From: Amoebidium appalachense
Lineage: Eukaryota > Protista > Ichthyosporea
Reading direction: 5' to 3'
Length of the DNA stretch: 64,000 bases
NCBI GenBank assembly: GCA_963693365.1
Contig: CAVNZM010000005.1
Span: 7,510,710-7,574,709, forward strand
The position numbers were made by a program, and so were the translations under genes. Below, one piece after another: positions 1 through 29,451 of the stretch; the first letter of the stretch is position 1; every line of letters starts with the position of its first letter. The notes beneath the pieces are model-generated. The model was not told the origin of the DNA. It searched no databases and saw only the letters and a program-made list of their open reading frames with translations.

Positions 1-656
1 TGGCAAACAAGAGCACATGCAAGAGCGGCCTGACCGTCTTATTCGGCCACCCGCTTGCACTAGCGCCAGCAATTGTTCTACGTACTCAATAACAGTGGAC
101 CCCACCTTCACAACGGTGGTTGACCCAACTACTGGTGTAACTACAGAGTTTATAAACATGTTATCAAGATTTTTACTGGTGTTTAAAAGCTTATACTGAG
201 TGTTGTCAGTCTTTCTTACAAAAAATACTATCTGCTTACGTCTATTGATAGAACTCACTGGTACCCTTTCCAGGCTACCCAGTTTGTGTTCATGTGTTTT
301 TTTTTACATGCTTTGTTTGGGTACTGAGCCTTGTGTCGTTCACAAAAAATGCTGTCTGCTTACGAATTCACATGATATAGTACATGAACGTTTACCAGAG
401 AAATACACATCGTTCAAGAGGAGCTCCAAATTACTTACAAAAACTCTTAAAAAGCCCTTGACCGCCAAAAAAGCTCCGACTATCAAAGAACACCAGCTCC
501 GCATGAGGACATGTTAGCAAATTCAGAAGTTCTATCACACGAGCCAACCCTACCACTACCGAAACCTAGCCCGACGTAAGCTACCCCGCTCAGCGAACGA
601 TATCTGATTCAACGGTTTCTTATGACTTACAACAAATCCACTACACTATCAGGCCA

Positions 657-2087
657 TTAGTTCTCCGTCTCGTCTTTCCCCACCTTCCTGTACTTGTATT
701 GCTTCCTCCTATGCTCGTTTCTCTTCTCCTTCTCTCCCGGATACTTAAACTGCAGCCCGTGTTTATTGCACAGCGTCGCGGGTCCCTTTGGCCCTGTGCG
801 CCACTGTGTCTTATGCTCCCTACCGTTGATGTTGCACCCACCGGGCCACAAACACCGCCTCAACTCTCTTGGAAGTTTTATAACTCTCCCCGTGTGCGGG
901 TCAACGGGAGGGCCGCCGTAGAGCGATTCGTGGCTGCTGGTCCTGCGCATGACTAGGGACCCCGTGCTCAACCTACGCTGAGGCATGTGTCCAGGATACG
1001 GGCTCATGTGTGAAGGAGAGCACAAGCGCGGGCTCATGGCGGGCGAGCGCGGCTGGGCCGAATCCAGAAGGTTGTCTGCACACGCGTACGGGTCGAGCGG
1101 AGAGAAGGGGAGTGTAGGTGAAGCCGGAGCTGAGAAAAATGGGTCTGCGTGTGTGCCGAGGTGAGAAGGGCCGTCGTTGGGTGCGAACAAAAGCGTGTTT
1201 CTTGGTGCACCATGCTGCTGGTCGGCCAGGTCTCCCCACGGGGCAAAAAAACCTCCTTCAATGCTGTCCCGCGAGTCAAACGGAGAATTACCAGGGCTCC
1301 CAAAGGATCCATCCAGACAAAGCCCAGCAAAGTGTGTGCTAATTTTGAGCATGCCCAGAGACCTACTGCGTGGCCGGCTCAAGTCCCCTCCTCCTTGCGA
1401 GAAATCCCCAGTCAGAATGCCCGAGGGAGGGATGATGTTTACGCCCACTGGTGCGTCAAACTGCAAGTCCGAGTGGTTGCCAAGGCCGAAGTCGATACTG
1501 TCAAAGTTTGTCCCCAGAGGCTGAATAGAATGAAGGGAATTCGTGCTCAGGAGGTCGTGAAAACTCGCTGGCTCAGGCTGCAACCTGGTGGGCTGCTCAA
1601 AACGCCTCTGAGTCAGGTCGTGGTCGGGGACCCTGGACGGATAGTTTGAGGGCGAAGAAAGGTCCCCAAAGAGCGCTGCGCTATCCAAACTGAGATCAAA
1701 GGATCCCATGACATTGTGTTCTTGAAAGAGCAGCCTTGCGAGTTGGTGGGACGCCGGCTCCCGCTGGGATGTGGCCAGAAACTCGGCCACCTCAACCTCG
1801 GTCCGTTTAATGGAGTTGAGCATTCCTGACATGTCGAAAGAGGGCTCGTATGCAGGTGATGACGCTGGTTGAAGTGGTGAAAGGGTGGCGTCGGATAGTT
1901 TATGATTTTGAGGGAAAAGACTCGCTTTAGGGGAGGAAGAGAAACGGGGGCTGTACGACACGTGTATGTTGTTGCTTGGAGATAAGGTTTGGGGACGCTC
2001 GAGTTCGAGGGGTGGAAGGAAGGAGTAAGTTATGCCAGAGTCGCCTGGAAGAGGCAGAGCGGTCTGGCCAGGTTGGGGCCGTGTCAT
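657..2087 (-). CDS. GATA-type zinc-finger transcription factor, intronless, atypical finger
   Basis: Single ORF from ATG 2087 (MTRPQP...), 476 aa, with a Ser/Pro-rich N-terminus and a C-terminal CLWPGGC...TQWRTGPKGPATLCNKHGLQF plus basic tail. This matches the GATA 'TPxWRxGPxGxxxLCNACGL' signature. Confidence 0.85.
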   Translation of the reverse strand: MTRPQPGQTALPLPGDSGITYSFLPPLELERPQTLSPSNNIHVSYSPRFSSSPKASLFPQNHKLSDATLSPLQPASSPAYEPSFDMSGMLNSIKRTEVEVAEFLATSQREPASHQLARLLFQEHNVMGSFDLSLDSAALFGDLSSPSNYPSRVPDHDLTQRRFEQPTRLQPEPASFHDLLSTNSLHSIQPLGTNFDSIDFGLGNHSDLQFDAPVGVNIIPPSGILTGDFSQGGGDLSRPRSRSLGMLKISTHFAGLCLDGSFGSPGNSPFDSRDSIEGGFFAPWGDLADQQHGAPRNTLLFAPNDGPSHLGTHADPFFSAPASPTLPFSPLDPYACADNLLDSAQPRSPAMSPRLCSPSHMSPYPGHMPQRRLSTGSLVMRRTSSHESLYGGPPVDPHTGRVIKLPRELRRCLWPGGCNINGREHKTQWRTGPKGPATLCNKHGLQFKYPGEKEKRNEHRRKQYKYRKVGKDETEN

Positions 2088-3224
2088 TTTTAGTTTCAAA
2101 TAGAAAGGGTGGACAAGGGTGACTCTAAAACAGATACCGAGCCAAAAGTACTCGTCAAACGTGACACACACACCTAAAACAGGCTGTTTCTTTCTTTCGG
2201 TCGCCTTCCTTCTTATATGGCGGGCAACGTTCCTCCTATACCATCTTCAATTGAAATTTCATGCTTAGTTTTTTCAGTTCTATTGGTGGTTATGTAGCCT
2301 GTGGCTGCACGTTGCCTTCATCAACGGATCAATAAACCCGAGTCAAAAAAAATGATACACATTCTCTTGAAAGTATTCGATATGTCGGATATGAAAATTA
2401 TGAGCTGGTAAGCATTTCTTACGGATGAAATTCGGAGGGGATATGAAGATGCGGCACATTCCATTTGCAACCGCAGAGGGGGTGTAAAAATGCCTGTAGT
2501 GCCCCTTACCCTTAATATTTTTTTATAAACGTAGCGCCGCAGTCGGACAGTACATTTATATGCATATCCGATACATATCACAAAAACACCTCGAGGGTAT
2601 TTATAATATGGCTTTTGAGGCAACCAGACAATAAGTTACAGGCTTGTATACATGTGTGTACTTGCTTGTGTGTGTTTGTGTGTGTTTTGTCACTGTTCTC
2701 CGTCTCTGTTCGACAAAATTCAATATGCCCGCGACATCGACCGTTGCGAGAGCACGTGCACGTGGCCATATGCGTGGGAATGTAGCATTGTTGGGAATGT
2801 AGTGGGAATGTAGCATTGTTGTGGCTTCAATAAGTTTTGATACAACCCAACATGCATCCGTGCCATGCACGTATGTACATAAAAATACATGTACCTAGAA
2901 AAAGTGTATCGACATGTCACTGTCCTTGACGTCGTGATCATGCGCGTACCGTCGACGTACGGTACGTACACTCACTACGCGTAAGTACGGTGTTGTGCCC
3001 AGGTATACGTAGTATTACGTACATGTGGGTACAATATTTGGATCGAAGTTCGCACGTTAAGATTAAGTTAGGCTGGAAGGTTAACAAAATGCATGACCTT
3101 TGCAGCTTTACGCCAGCCTCTAGACTCTCTATATTCGAGTAATTTATCGGTGTACATACCGTGATTGCATCTCACTTGCCAGGTATGATCTCACAAAATT
3201 TGCCCGAGCGTTAGCGCCAGGTGC

Positions 3225-3558
3225 CAGGGGTGTGGTATAGCCTCAACGACTTGACTTGACTCATATATATATAATTGTTTGTTGGGTTTGATGGCTTGAC
3301 TTGACTTGAAGTCGCGACTTGGAGGTATACTATTTTTAGTAACTCCTCCGGCCCGCTAGTGGCCGGCTGGGCCACAGGCGGGCATTGCGGCCCCACCCTT
3401 TGTGCAACTCCTATGCTTCCCCGCCCCAAGTCCCCCTCCCCCCGTCAAGTCACTCCTATGTCCGGCCTCAGGATTTGACTTGACTTGGTTGAAGTCAGTG
3501 TGCCTGGTGACTTCTAGTCGCGACTTGAGCGACTTGAAGTCAAGTCGCCACAGCCCTG
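3225..3558. mobile_element. MITE-like non-autonomous DNA transposon (hAT-like ends) with GACTTGA subterminal repeats
   Basis: Ends CAGGGGTGTGG (3225) and CCACAGCCCTG (to 3558) are inverted with 1 mismatch. Many GACTTGA(C)/TCAAGTC copies lie near both ends, with palindrome AAGTCGCGACTT at 3309-3320. No TSD seen. Confidence 0.6.
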
Positions 3559-4269
3559 GCTCAGCCTAGCGCCTCGAGTCATCAGCTGCAGGATGCCGCG
3601 GGACGGTACTCTCCAAGGCTTTGTACCCGCTGGCTTACGTTGAACTAATTTTTGTTGTGCCACGGATACGGGAGTGTACACGGGTACCTTGGGCTGTGAT
3701 GTAATCGGTTATGTGATGAGGACTAAGCCAATCATAGCGCAGGAGCTGCGGGTTGGACGAATTGGATTTCATCATTGCTCATTGCGTTACGCGAAAGGTA
3801 GCGCTACGGAAAAAAAAAAATAATAATGTAAGAGAAGACTTGAAAAGCAGTGCACGCGGCTGCCGGTATTTATATAGGTCCGCTGCGCATTAATTGCAAT
3901 CCAATGATATAGAATAGCTAAACGTAAATACTGTAATTCGCCCCACTGTTTGCTTTAAGATATACGGAAAGGTAAGCCCTACGTAAGTGGCCGGGGCGGC
4001 CTACGACGCTGCGGGACGTCTCCGGCTGGGTCCTTCTCAAGGCCTCCTAAATAGCACACCGGGCCGAGGCACGCAACAGACTAATACTCCAGATTACGTG
4101 TAAAGAGTAGGGTGATCGAAAACTGAAATCTTACGTGCCCCTCCGGGGTCTCCTACATCAGACTAATTTTAGTGCAAAACTTGTGCAAACATTACGCTAA
4201 ACTACCAGACGCAATCATCACTGCCTATAACTGCCCAAGTCTCACACAACGCACCCAGTGCGTCGTCGT

Positions 4270-6633
4270 TCAAAAACGAGAAAACGTCGAAGTCCTCCTC
4301 CTCGAGCACAGCCTCCACGTCGTCGCTGGCGCTGGGGCCGTGTGGTCCGCGGCGTGCGCCGCCAATAAACCGGTTGATGCACCCTCGTATTTCTTGGTTT
4401 GCCGGTTTGGCTTGTTGGTTGGTGTTTTCTTTTTCGCGTTGCGTTCCTTGGTGTAGTTGTTGAGCAAAATGTTGGTCATTCTCATGGCGATGCCGTCGAG
4501 GTACTGCGCCGTGTCCTCCCCGCACTCCTCACAAGTAATGCCTCGAATTGTCTCTGTCTCCGGCCGGCTCTTGGCGTGCTGGACCGCGAGCGTGCGAACC
4601 AGCAGGCGGTGGGAGCCGGCGTGCAGAAACTTGCCCTCCAGCTCCTTGCTGGCGAGGCACTCCATCACGCGCAAAGTGGTCTCCGCGACCACATAGGCCG
4701 CGTAGGAGGGAGTAGAAAGCCCCTCACGGTCGATGGCCTCCAGGTATGACGTGTCGATGACGTCCGGCCCAAGCTGGGCTCTGACGCTGGCTGGGATCTC
4801 CACCACCAGGCGGCGGCTGCTGAACAAGCGCCCACGGCACTGCTTGCAGCTGCAGCCCCGCCCCGTCTTGAAGCAGACGTAGCCGGCGAGAAAGACGACC
4901 ACGCTCTTGTTGGGGACGGTGATGGCAGCCAACAGAGCGCCAATGCTGGAGAAGGGCTGCAGCAGAACGTCCAGTTCCACGGCAGGCTTGGCCAGCAGGG
5001 CAGTCTCGTTGAACTTGACGGCCTGCTTGAGAGTGCTGATGCCCACGGCCTTGCCCGTGCCCCGGCGGAACGTGAAGAGGTTGATGAGCCGGATGCGCCG
5101 CTCAGACTCAAGCACCTGTTCAATATCACACCTTCCGTTAGCTTGGCATTATCCTGATTTACAACTGTGCAGATGAAGAGCACCGCACAGACCATAAATA
5201 GTTGCCAGCTGCAGCCGGCTGATTTGGGTGTGTGCAAGTTAATGCAATGCTTGTGTCGGTCAGGAGGGGATCTGGGAAATGGAGGTGGAAAAGGGAGGGG
5301 GGTGAAGGGGGGGGGGGGGGGGATTACTTCTTTTGGCAATTGGTGTTTAAAGAAGGAAGGTGGGGGTAAGCCTTCTAGGATCCGAAAAAAAAAGAGGGGG
5401 GGGGGGGGGGAGTAGGGGAAAAGGGAGGGGGTGGGGGGTGGATGGTGGTGGTGTTGGTGGTGTTGGTTGGGAACGAGGGGGAGGGGGGAGGGGGAGGGAC
5501 TCTGAAAAATTGTCTCAGAAAAAAAGGAGTGGGGGGAGGAGGAAGGGGGGGGGGGGGGGGGGGGGGGGGGGAGAACAAGGGTGGAGGGAAGAGGCGACCT
5601 GGCGGGTGGAAATGTGGTAATTGAGGCTCCGTTCATTTCCCTGTAGTGTCCAAACCGACCCTCCAACTGGTCGGTCATAATCTTGCCCAGAAGAACGTAG
5701 ACCCAGTTGAGGTCGTCCTTTAGATACTCCACAAGGGCTATCTGCAAACATTTAAAACCCGAGTGTTAAGGATAGTTTCCCAAAAAAAAAGGTGGCCCAG
5801 AGTGCATAACCAACGTGCTTATCGAAGCACAAAGGTTGAGTGCACGGGCTTGGCTTTGCTGAGTTGGCCTTCTCCTTGCACGAATGAAGTAACTGGTACA
5901 ACTTGGACCACCGAGATATAGAATGTGACGTGTGCGAGTCAACCGAAACCGAATAAGATGTAGCCCCAAACACAGACGGTGTGTGCACAACAGGCACTGC
6001 AGAAAGGTTATGATCAACAGTTACCACTGCCCCCACAAAGGGAAAGGGCACCCCGCCGGGAATTGACGGGGTAACTGTTGTCAGCAGTACCGCTTGTATG
6101 CATTCACTGCTCGTTTGTGTGACTTGCCAGAGCCCCAGCGTGCCTACGCTATTTAGACGGTCTAAGAAGTTGTCGCACAACTCGCTGAACGAGTGTATGG
6201 TGTCAAGTTGTTCTAGCCGGGCCTTCTCAGCCTCTTCCTGGAGCTTTGCTCGTTTGTTTTGCTCTTCTCGTCTATCCTCTGGGTTTCTCCTGGGTGTCTT
6301 TTCCTCTATGACTATATTCAGTTCTGTGTTGAATATGCAAGGAATCTGATTCTCTTTGCACCTCGGGTGGGAATGTTTAATAAACCGAGATATATCTGTT
6401 TTAGGATCTTTGTAGTCAAAACCTAGGTCAAGTTGTTCGGGCCTAAAATGTTTGATACAAATACCTATACAGCTTGTGTTACTTTTTACCGTTAAGTCTT
6501 GGCGTTTGCAGAAACTGACCCACTTGTGAAAACACTCGGGCTCTTTAGTTTTGTTAGGAAAAGCAAAACAAGATGCACTCTCGTGCCCTTTGTAATTAGT
6601 TGTGCAGCCGTAGACAGCACAAGATCTTGGCAT
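4270..6633 (-). pseudogene. THAP-domain P-element transposase remnant (central catalytic region missing, frameshifted)
   Basis: Segment 6633..~5816 gives MPRSCAVYGC...FAFP...W...ICIKHF...IPCIF (THAP). Segment 5741..5599 gives YVLLGKIMTDQLEGRFGHYREMNGA, then a frameshift near 5623, then NYHISTRQ. A GT-AG intron spans 5598..5116. Exon 5115..4270 gives VLESERRIR...VFLAGYVCFK..CKQC...IDREGLSTPS. Confidence 0.8.
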
Positions 6634-6675
6634 CTGCGTAGCGGCTGGGCGTGGCCAAAGTGGCACTGCCCAGCC

Positions 6676-6690
6676 TTTTTTATATATAAT
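6676..6690 (-). promoter_or_regulatory. Probable TATA box of the transposase
   Basis: Minus strand reads ATTATATATAAAAAA about 45-55 nt upstream of the THAP ATG (6633). CCAATC motifs occur further upstream near 7068, 7101 and 7146. Confidence 0.45.
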
Positions 6691-8411
6691 GCAGGCACAC
6701 TTCACGTAAAGTGGTGGCAAAGAAATAGTTACTTTTCCACGTGTAGCAGCAACACAAGCGGCCGGCACACAGCCCCCTAGATCACAACGAGAGATCGATG
6801 GGGATTGATGAAGTAATTGTACTTACGTCAACTTAAAGTCTTAGCCCCTTAAAATAACTCCCTAAATTTATATTTTAAGCGCCAAAAAAACGGGATAAAC
6901 CATTTAAATGTTAAATAAATGAGCGCTGTGACGTATTTGTTATTTCATAACGCTATTAAAACAGACTAGATACTAATATTGTTGGTTTTGCCTTATCCTT
7001 AATGTTGGTACCCCACAATTTCCCGAGTATACAAAGAACACCAAAAGCCCGCCATTTGCTGTATTGTCCAATCACTAAATGGAAGTCAAAAATCTTCTAT
7101 CCAATCGAAATCGCCTTTACTGGGTTTCGCGCGTTCCTCAGTTGGCCAATCATTTCGCTGGATTCGGCTGGAAGCTAACCCTACTCTTGATGACGTCACT
7201 TCTCATATGTGACGACCTCGTGCCTCGGCCCGGTGTACTATTTAGGAGGCCTTGGTCCTTCTGGCTGTAGTGACCAATCAGATCGCTCAATATGTAATGA
7301 CCAATCGGAACGCTCACCAGTTTTAAAGCGATTATCTAACCTCATTTTATAAAAAAGCCTGGGCAGGCAGATCATGTCTTTTTTTTACTAGTAGGCTGGA
7401 TTTACGTCATTTTGAACCAGTCGCCGCTTGTAAAGCCAGATCCGATTACGCGCGATCAGACTTTGTCTAGTGACTGTCGCCTGCGGCAACATACAAGGTA
7501 TGTTATAGAGGCCGCAGGGAGACAGCACTCAGAGTGACTACCTCGGAGAGCAATTTATCTAAAAAAATTATCACACGCCGCCGCGTGCACAGCCGCACTG
7601 CCTTTATGCCATGACTCTCTTGCTTTTCGTTGCATTATTTCAAAAATTATTTGTGCTGATCTTATGAAATTATATAAATACAACAAGCTGCACTTGCATT
7701 CAACGAAAAGACTTTTATGAGCCAAGATTGGATTGCACATCATCAATTTGTGCACATAGGCAATTTTGTGTAAAACCAAGCTTCCTTACCGGAAGTTCCG
7801 ATGTTTCACTTGATTGGCTGTTGCTGAAAAGGAGTTTTCTTATTGGTCTGAATGACCGCTAGTCGCGGGGCTGGAATTGCAGCCGCTTCAAGATCTGGTA
7901 CAGTGCCATATATGGCAAGAAGGGGAGTTCAACGAATCACGTACGTGACATGACTCACACAGCAGCCACGCTGGTGCCAAACACTTGGCACTCACACCGT
8001 GGCATGTGTACGTTGTATGTAGCCCACCCGTCCAGCTAGGCCCACGACAGCACGAAGCATGCATGCCATGCATGGCTTAAAGTTTTATTGTGTTCATGGG
8101 CTCATGCAATTTCGCCCCCACGAACAAAGTGCACATATATGCATGTGGCTGTGGGCAGCAAAACGTGAACCCAGTGCCAATGAGGGTCTGAAAGCCTCCA
8201 ACTAATTAAGGTTTAAAGCTGGCTTGTGGTTCAACGTCCAAGAGCATAAGAGGAATCTCGCACCTAGATCTGAGAGGTCCTTTGTAATTTGGAGGTAGGT
8301 GGGTGGGTGGGTGGGGGAGGAAGGGGGAGGGAAGGGGGGGGGGGGGTATAGAACATTTCAAGTCGTTTACCTAGTGCCACGGTGGTGCCTCTCACTGAGT
8401 TTGCAAAAATG

Positions 8412-8446
<35 letters not shown>

Positions 8447-8572
8447 ACCCACCCCCCCTCCAGCCGCCACCGCGGTTCCCTTACTCAACTCATACGGGAA
8501 CCCACTGACTCCTTATCTTGTCCCATCATAGTAGCACTTCAAACTTTGGTTGGGGCAACGTTAGGCTGCTCA

Positions 8573-8609
<37 letters not shown>

Positions 8610-8726
8610 CGTGTGCGTGCGTGTGTGTGTGTGTGTGTGTTTGTGTGAACATTGTATTGCCCACATTGTGCAATGCAACAATTTGCGCGTTTACATCCAT
8701 CACTCTCTCTCTCTCTCCCTCTCTCC

Positions 8727-8787
<61 letters not shown>

Positions 8788-8833
8788 TGTGTCTGTCTCT
8801 ATCTCTCTCAACGCAACAATTCGCGCGTTTACA

Positions 8834-8885
<52 letters not shown>

Positions 8886-9430
8886 CCTCTCTCTCTCTCT
8901 CCCCCTCCCTCCCTCCCTCCCTCCCCTCCGCCTCTCCCTCTCTCCCTCCCTCCCTCCTTCACCACAACCCCCCTCTCCCCTCGTCTCTCTCCCCTCTCTC
9001 CCTTCCCCCCTCCCCGTGTGTGTTTGTGTGTGTGTGTGTATTGTCTGTGTTTGAGCGTGTGCGTGCTGGTGTGTCCAGATTTCTTTTTGGTGGTGCTCAA
9101 GTTTAACGTGTAATTGATACCGTAGGCGTGTTTAATGTCTGCCTTTGCCTGCATGCTGTGCGCACACGCAGTTGTGTCATGTGGCATGTGTCACGACAGA
9201 TGAGATGTGCGGGCGGGTGGGGTGTGTGCGTGTGCGTGTGCGTGTGTGTGCGTGCGGGTGTGGTTGATTACATGCATGCACGTGGGCGCCCGAGAGAGGG
9301 TGTGTGCCAGGGACGAGGAGGGAGGGAAGGAGGGGGCTGGGGGGGGGGGGGGGGGGGGGGGGGAGGGAGGAAGGGGACGGTGAGACGGAAGTTTGCACAC
9401 TCGTGTGTGCCACACATGGGAACACCGATG

Positions 9431-9673
9431 AGCAATAATTTTCAGAGTTGTGGCACTTGAGGGTTGGCTTGTCCCCCTTTAAGAGGGGGAGCGGTTGTGG
9501 GACGGGAGGAGAGGAGGAAGCCAATCTTTCCAGTGGTTCACCGTGGGATCCGGAGGCCCCAGCAATAATGTTCAGAGCTGTGGCACTTGAGGGTTGGCTT
9601 GTCCCCCTCTAAGAGGAGGAGAGGTGGTGGGACGGGAGGAGAGAAGGAAACCAAGCTTTCCAGAAGTTCACCG
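9431..9673. repeat. Tandem duplication, 2 x ~113 bp with 130-bp period
   Basis: AGCAATAAT..TCAGAG.TGTGGCACTTGAGGGTTGGCTTGTCCCCCT.TAAGAGG...GTTCACCG at 9431-9543 and 9561-9673. Confidence 0.9.
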
Positions 9674-10990
9674 GAGGCCGGCCAGGGGCCCGAAGGACTG
9701 GCGAGTCGCGACTCTGCAGCTGGCGCCTCGGGGTCGCGCGCCTGAGCCCGAGTCACGGACTCACGCGTCGGTCACCTCGTCCGCTGCAAGCGCGACCAAA
9801 AATTTTCCAAAAACTAAACTAGTTTTGCCCCCTCTCTCAAATGTTTCCTCTTTAGGTGGCATAAGGCTGTTGTGTATTGGATGACAAAAGGCTCACGTAA
9901 TCATCCTATACTATCCCCTCAGATCTGAAGAAAAGCTGCATGTCAAATTTACATGAGTTCCTTACAAACACTTAAATAAGAACATTCACTTATAAAGTGA
10001 TATCTAATATATATGAATTCATGTAGCTATTTCTATATCATATATTTGTTTGAATCAGCACAAACGTCTATAAACCACCTGTTCATGGTCATGGTTTAAT
10101 GATGGTTATGATTCCTGACTACATAATTACAAATGTAGATGGAATTTACTAAAGACCCCAATCTTGAGATCTGGATTGCCCACCAATACGTCGTGACGTA
10201 AACCCTTGGAAATGGTATGAAATCGCTTGATGACCCAGCGACTTTGACCTCCATGCACAAATGAATGAAAATGTTTCCTGAGTGATAGATTGTTAGGTTC
10301 TGTAAAAAACACGAAAAAAAGGGGTATCATGGGTGGGTTGTTTGGTGTACGGGCTGTGGGATAGTGGCAACATGAAATTATGGTGGGGAAGTGTGCTGTT
10401 TATGGTTGTGAATGGCACAGTTTGGTTAGTAGGTCTTTTTGTGTGCGACGTCCTGTATAGTCTTTCCTACTTCCATCTTGAATTTGGGGCTTCTGTCAAA
10501 GGACACATGTTTTCTAGAACAACGTAAATACTGCATTGTTTCGGTTGTCGTAAGATTCGTTAGTCATCGGTGCGACATGTGCTTGAGAGGGCGTGACAAG
10601 AAACAGAAGTGACAAGACACTATATTTTAGGGGCTCTGGTAAGTAAGCGTGCTTGGATGTTTAGTATGACGTCATGAAAGTAGTGGTGCAATGTCATGGG
10701 GTGAAGAAATTCCTCTGCCTAGCTGCTGAAGTCTGTTTAGCTGAAGCTTTTTTGGGGAAGATTGGGGGAAACTAGACGTGGGTTTGTTCTGAACGGCAAA
10801 TTTTTCTTTGACTGTTGGGAAAGGAGCTTTATGCATCTGCTGTGTGCAACTTTGACAGTCCTTTTTGTGGTTGTCAATTCATCAGGTCCTGTTTTCTCTT
10901 TCTTGCGCGTCCTCTGCCCTCAATGCCCTCTTATTCACCCCCCCCCCATCCCCCCACCCCCATCCCCCTTTTTCTCTCTTTCGCTCTCCC

Positions 10991-11043
<53 letters not shown>

Positions 11044-11474
11044 GTCCTCCTCCACCACCACCACCTCCTCCCCTCCCCCGCCCCTCCCATCTCTCCTCCC
11101 AGGCATCAAGGATGATTGTTTTATGATTTGTGATGCTTTGAGTTTTTTCTTTTCAACTTTCAAATTCCTGTAACAAGATTCCCGCTGCATACTTTCTTCT
11201 GGCTTTATTTGAAACGAGAAAGCCTCTAGATCTGAATCACCAGCAACTTCCTTTATGATCTCCAAGTGCGCACCCTGGGTCAGTCAAAGAATGCCACAGA
11301 AAGTGGTTCCAGCTGTTCTTGGATTGACGCCTTCTCCCCTCCCCCCCCCCCCCCCCCCCCCCCCACCTTCAACCTCGCCCCTCTCCCCCTTGCTCCTTCA
11401 CAGGCCCCAAGCATACGTCCTTGGTTTCTCGGCTGCTAATGGAGTGCAAGGGTGCCCAGTTAGAATTAACAATC

Positions 11475-28257
<16,783 letters not shown>

Positions 28258-28607
28258 GAGGTATTTGCACTGTGGCTGAATGTGTTGGTTGTAGGTGGGT
28301 TGGGTGGAAAAACACGCGTGCGGTCTCTTGGCTCCGTGGTTTCTAAGGAGGTTATTTTTTCTTTCCGTTTGGGTCTGTGTGTGTTGGTATGTTGTACAGG
28401 TGATGTATTGAATGATTTTTTCCTTTACAGGTACCCCACTTTTTTTAAAAAAAAATTCCTTTTATCCCATTGGCTTTTAAGCTCTCTTCTTCTCTTTTTT
28501 GGTTTGTTTCTATGTTTTTCCAAATCGTTTTTTATCTTTTGCAATTGTAGGACATGGTTAAAGAAAGTGCTCTCCAGGTGATTTTTCTGTTTTTTTTTTT
28601 GTTTGTT

Positions 28608-28641
<34 letters not shown>

Positions 28642-29408
28642 TTTTTTAAGGTTCTAGGTCCTAACTCAATCGAGGCGCGCGTTGTATAGAAATGGAATCC
28701 ATTAACATTTGGTATCTGATATGTATGTATCTTACATGAAGGGGTGGTATTCGCAACCTTGGGGAGGTTTTGGCGGTGTGGGCTTATGTCAAAGTTATGA
28801 AGATGTGTATGTTTCTGTTAATGCTTTAACTTTTATGATTGATATATATGGTGCTACGCGTGACAAAATTTTCAGCACATATAGCAGGTGCCATCATCTG
28901 AGAAGGTAGTTTTATTCATACACTGCAATCTGTTTTTAAGTTTGGTGTATCTTTGCTCAAAGGGATTTGTTATGCAATTGGCTTGCCATTCAGTTGTGTG
29001 ATTGTACAGTCTTACTTGTATATTTTTCTATTCGTCGCCGAGTTGGCTATTTGTGGTCCCTGCCCACTTATGATATGAAAAATATAAACCTTTGCGTGTA
29101 CTTTGTTTACCGTGTCGGCAGATGGCTGGAATAATATACGTTATCTTTCCGATTGGGCGTCTGCATACGCATGTGTGCATATCCCATACCCGAAAGCTTG
29201 TGAGTGCCTTTTGGTGCCCAGGTCTGACTCCTGTTTCTCAGGATACACATATCATACATGGCTCACAATATCATTTGAAAGAGGGTCGCCGCATACTTTG
29301 CACACAACTCTAAATTCAAGGCACTTCATGTTAGATACGGGAAAAACCCAACTCGGAAATCCGAATGCTCTTCACGTGCTTATAATTACTGTACAGAACC
29401 CCCCTGTC

Positions 29409-29451
<43 letters not shown>

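Larger units (their letters stand above)
4038..7254 (-). mobile_element. P-element superfamily DNA transposon, 3217 bp, internally deleted
   Basis: 36-bp TIRs CAAGGCCTCCTAAATAG(C/T)ACACCGGGCCGAGGCACG at 4038-4073 and 7219-7254 (1 mismatch). Perfect 8-bp TSD GTCCTTCT at 4030-4037 and 7255-7262. Encodes THAP and P-transposase C-terminal motifs. Confidence 0.93.
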
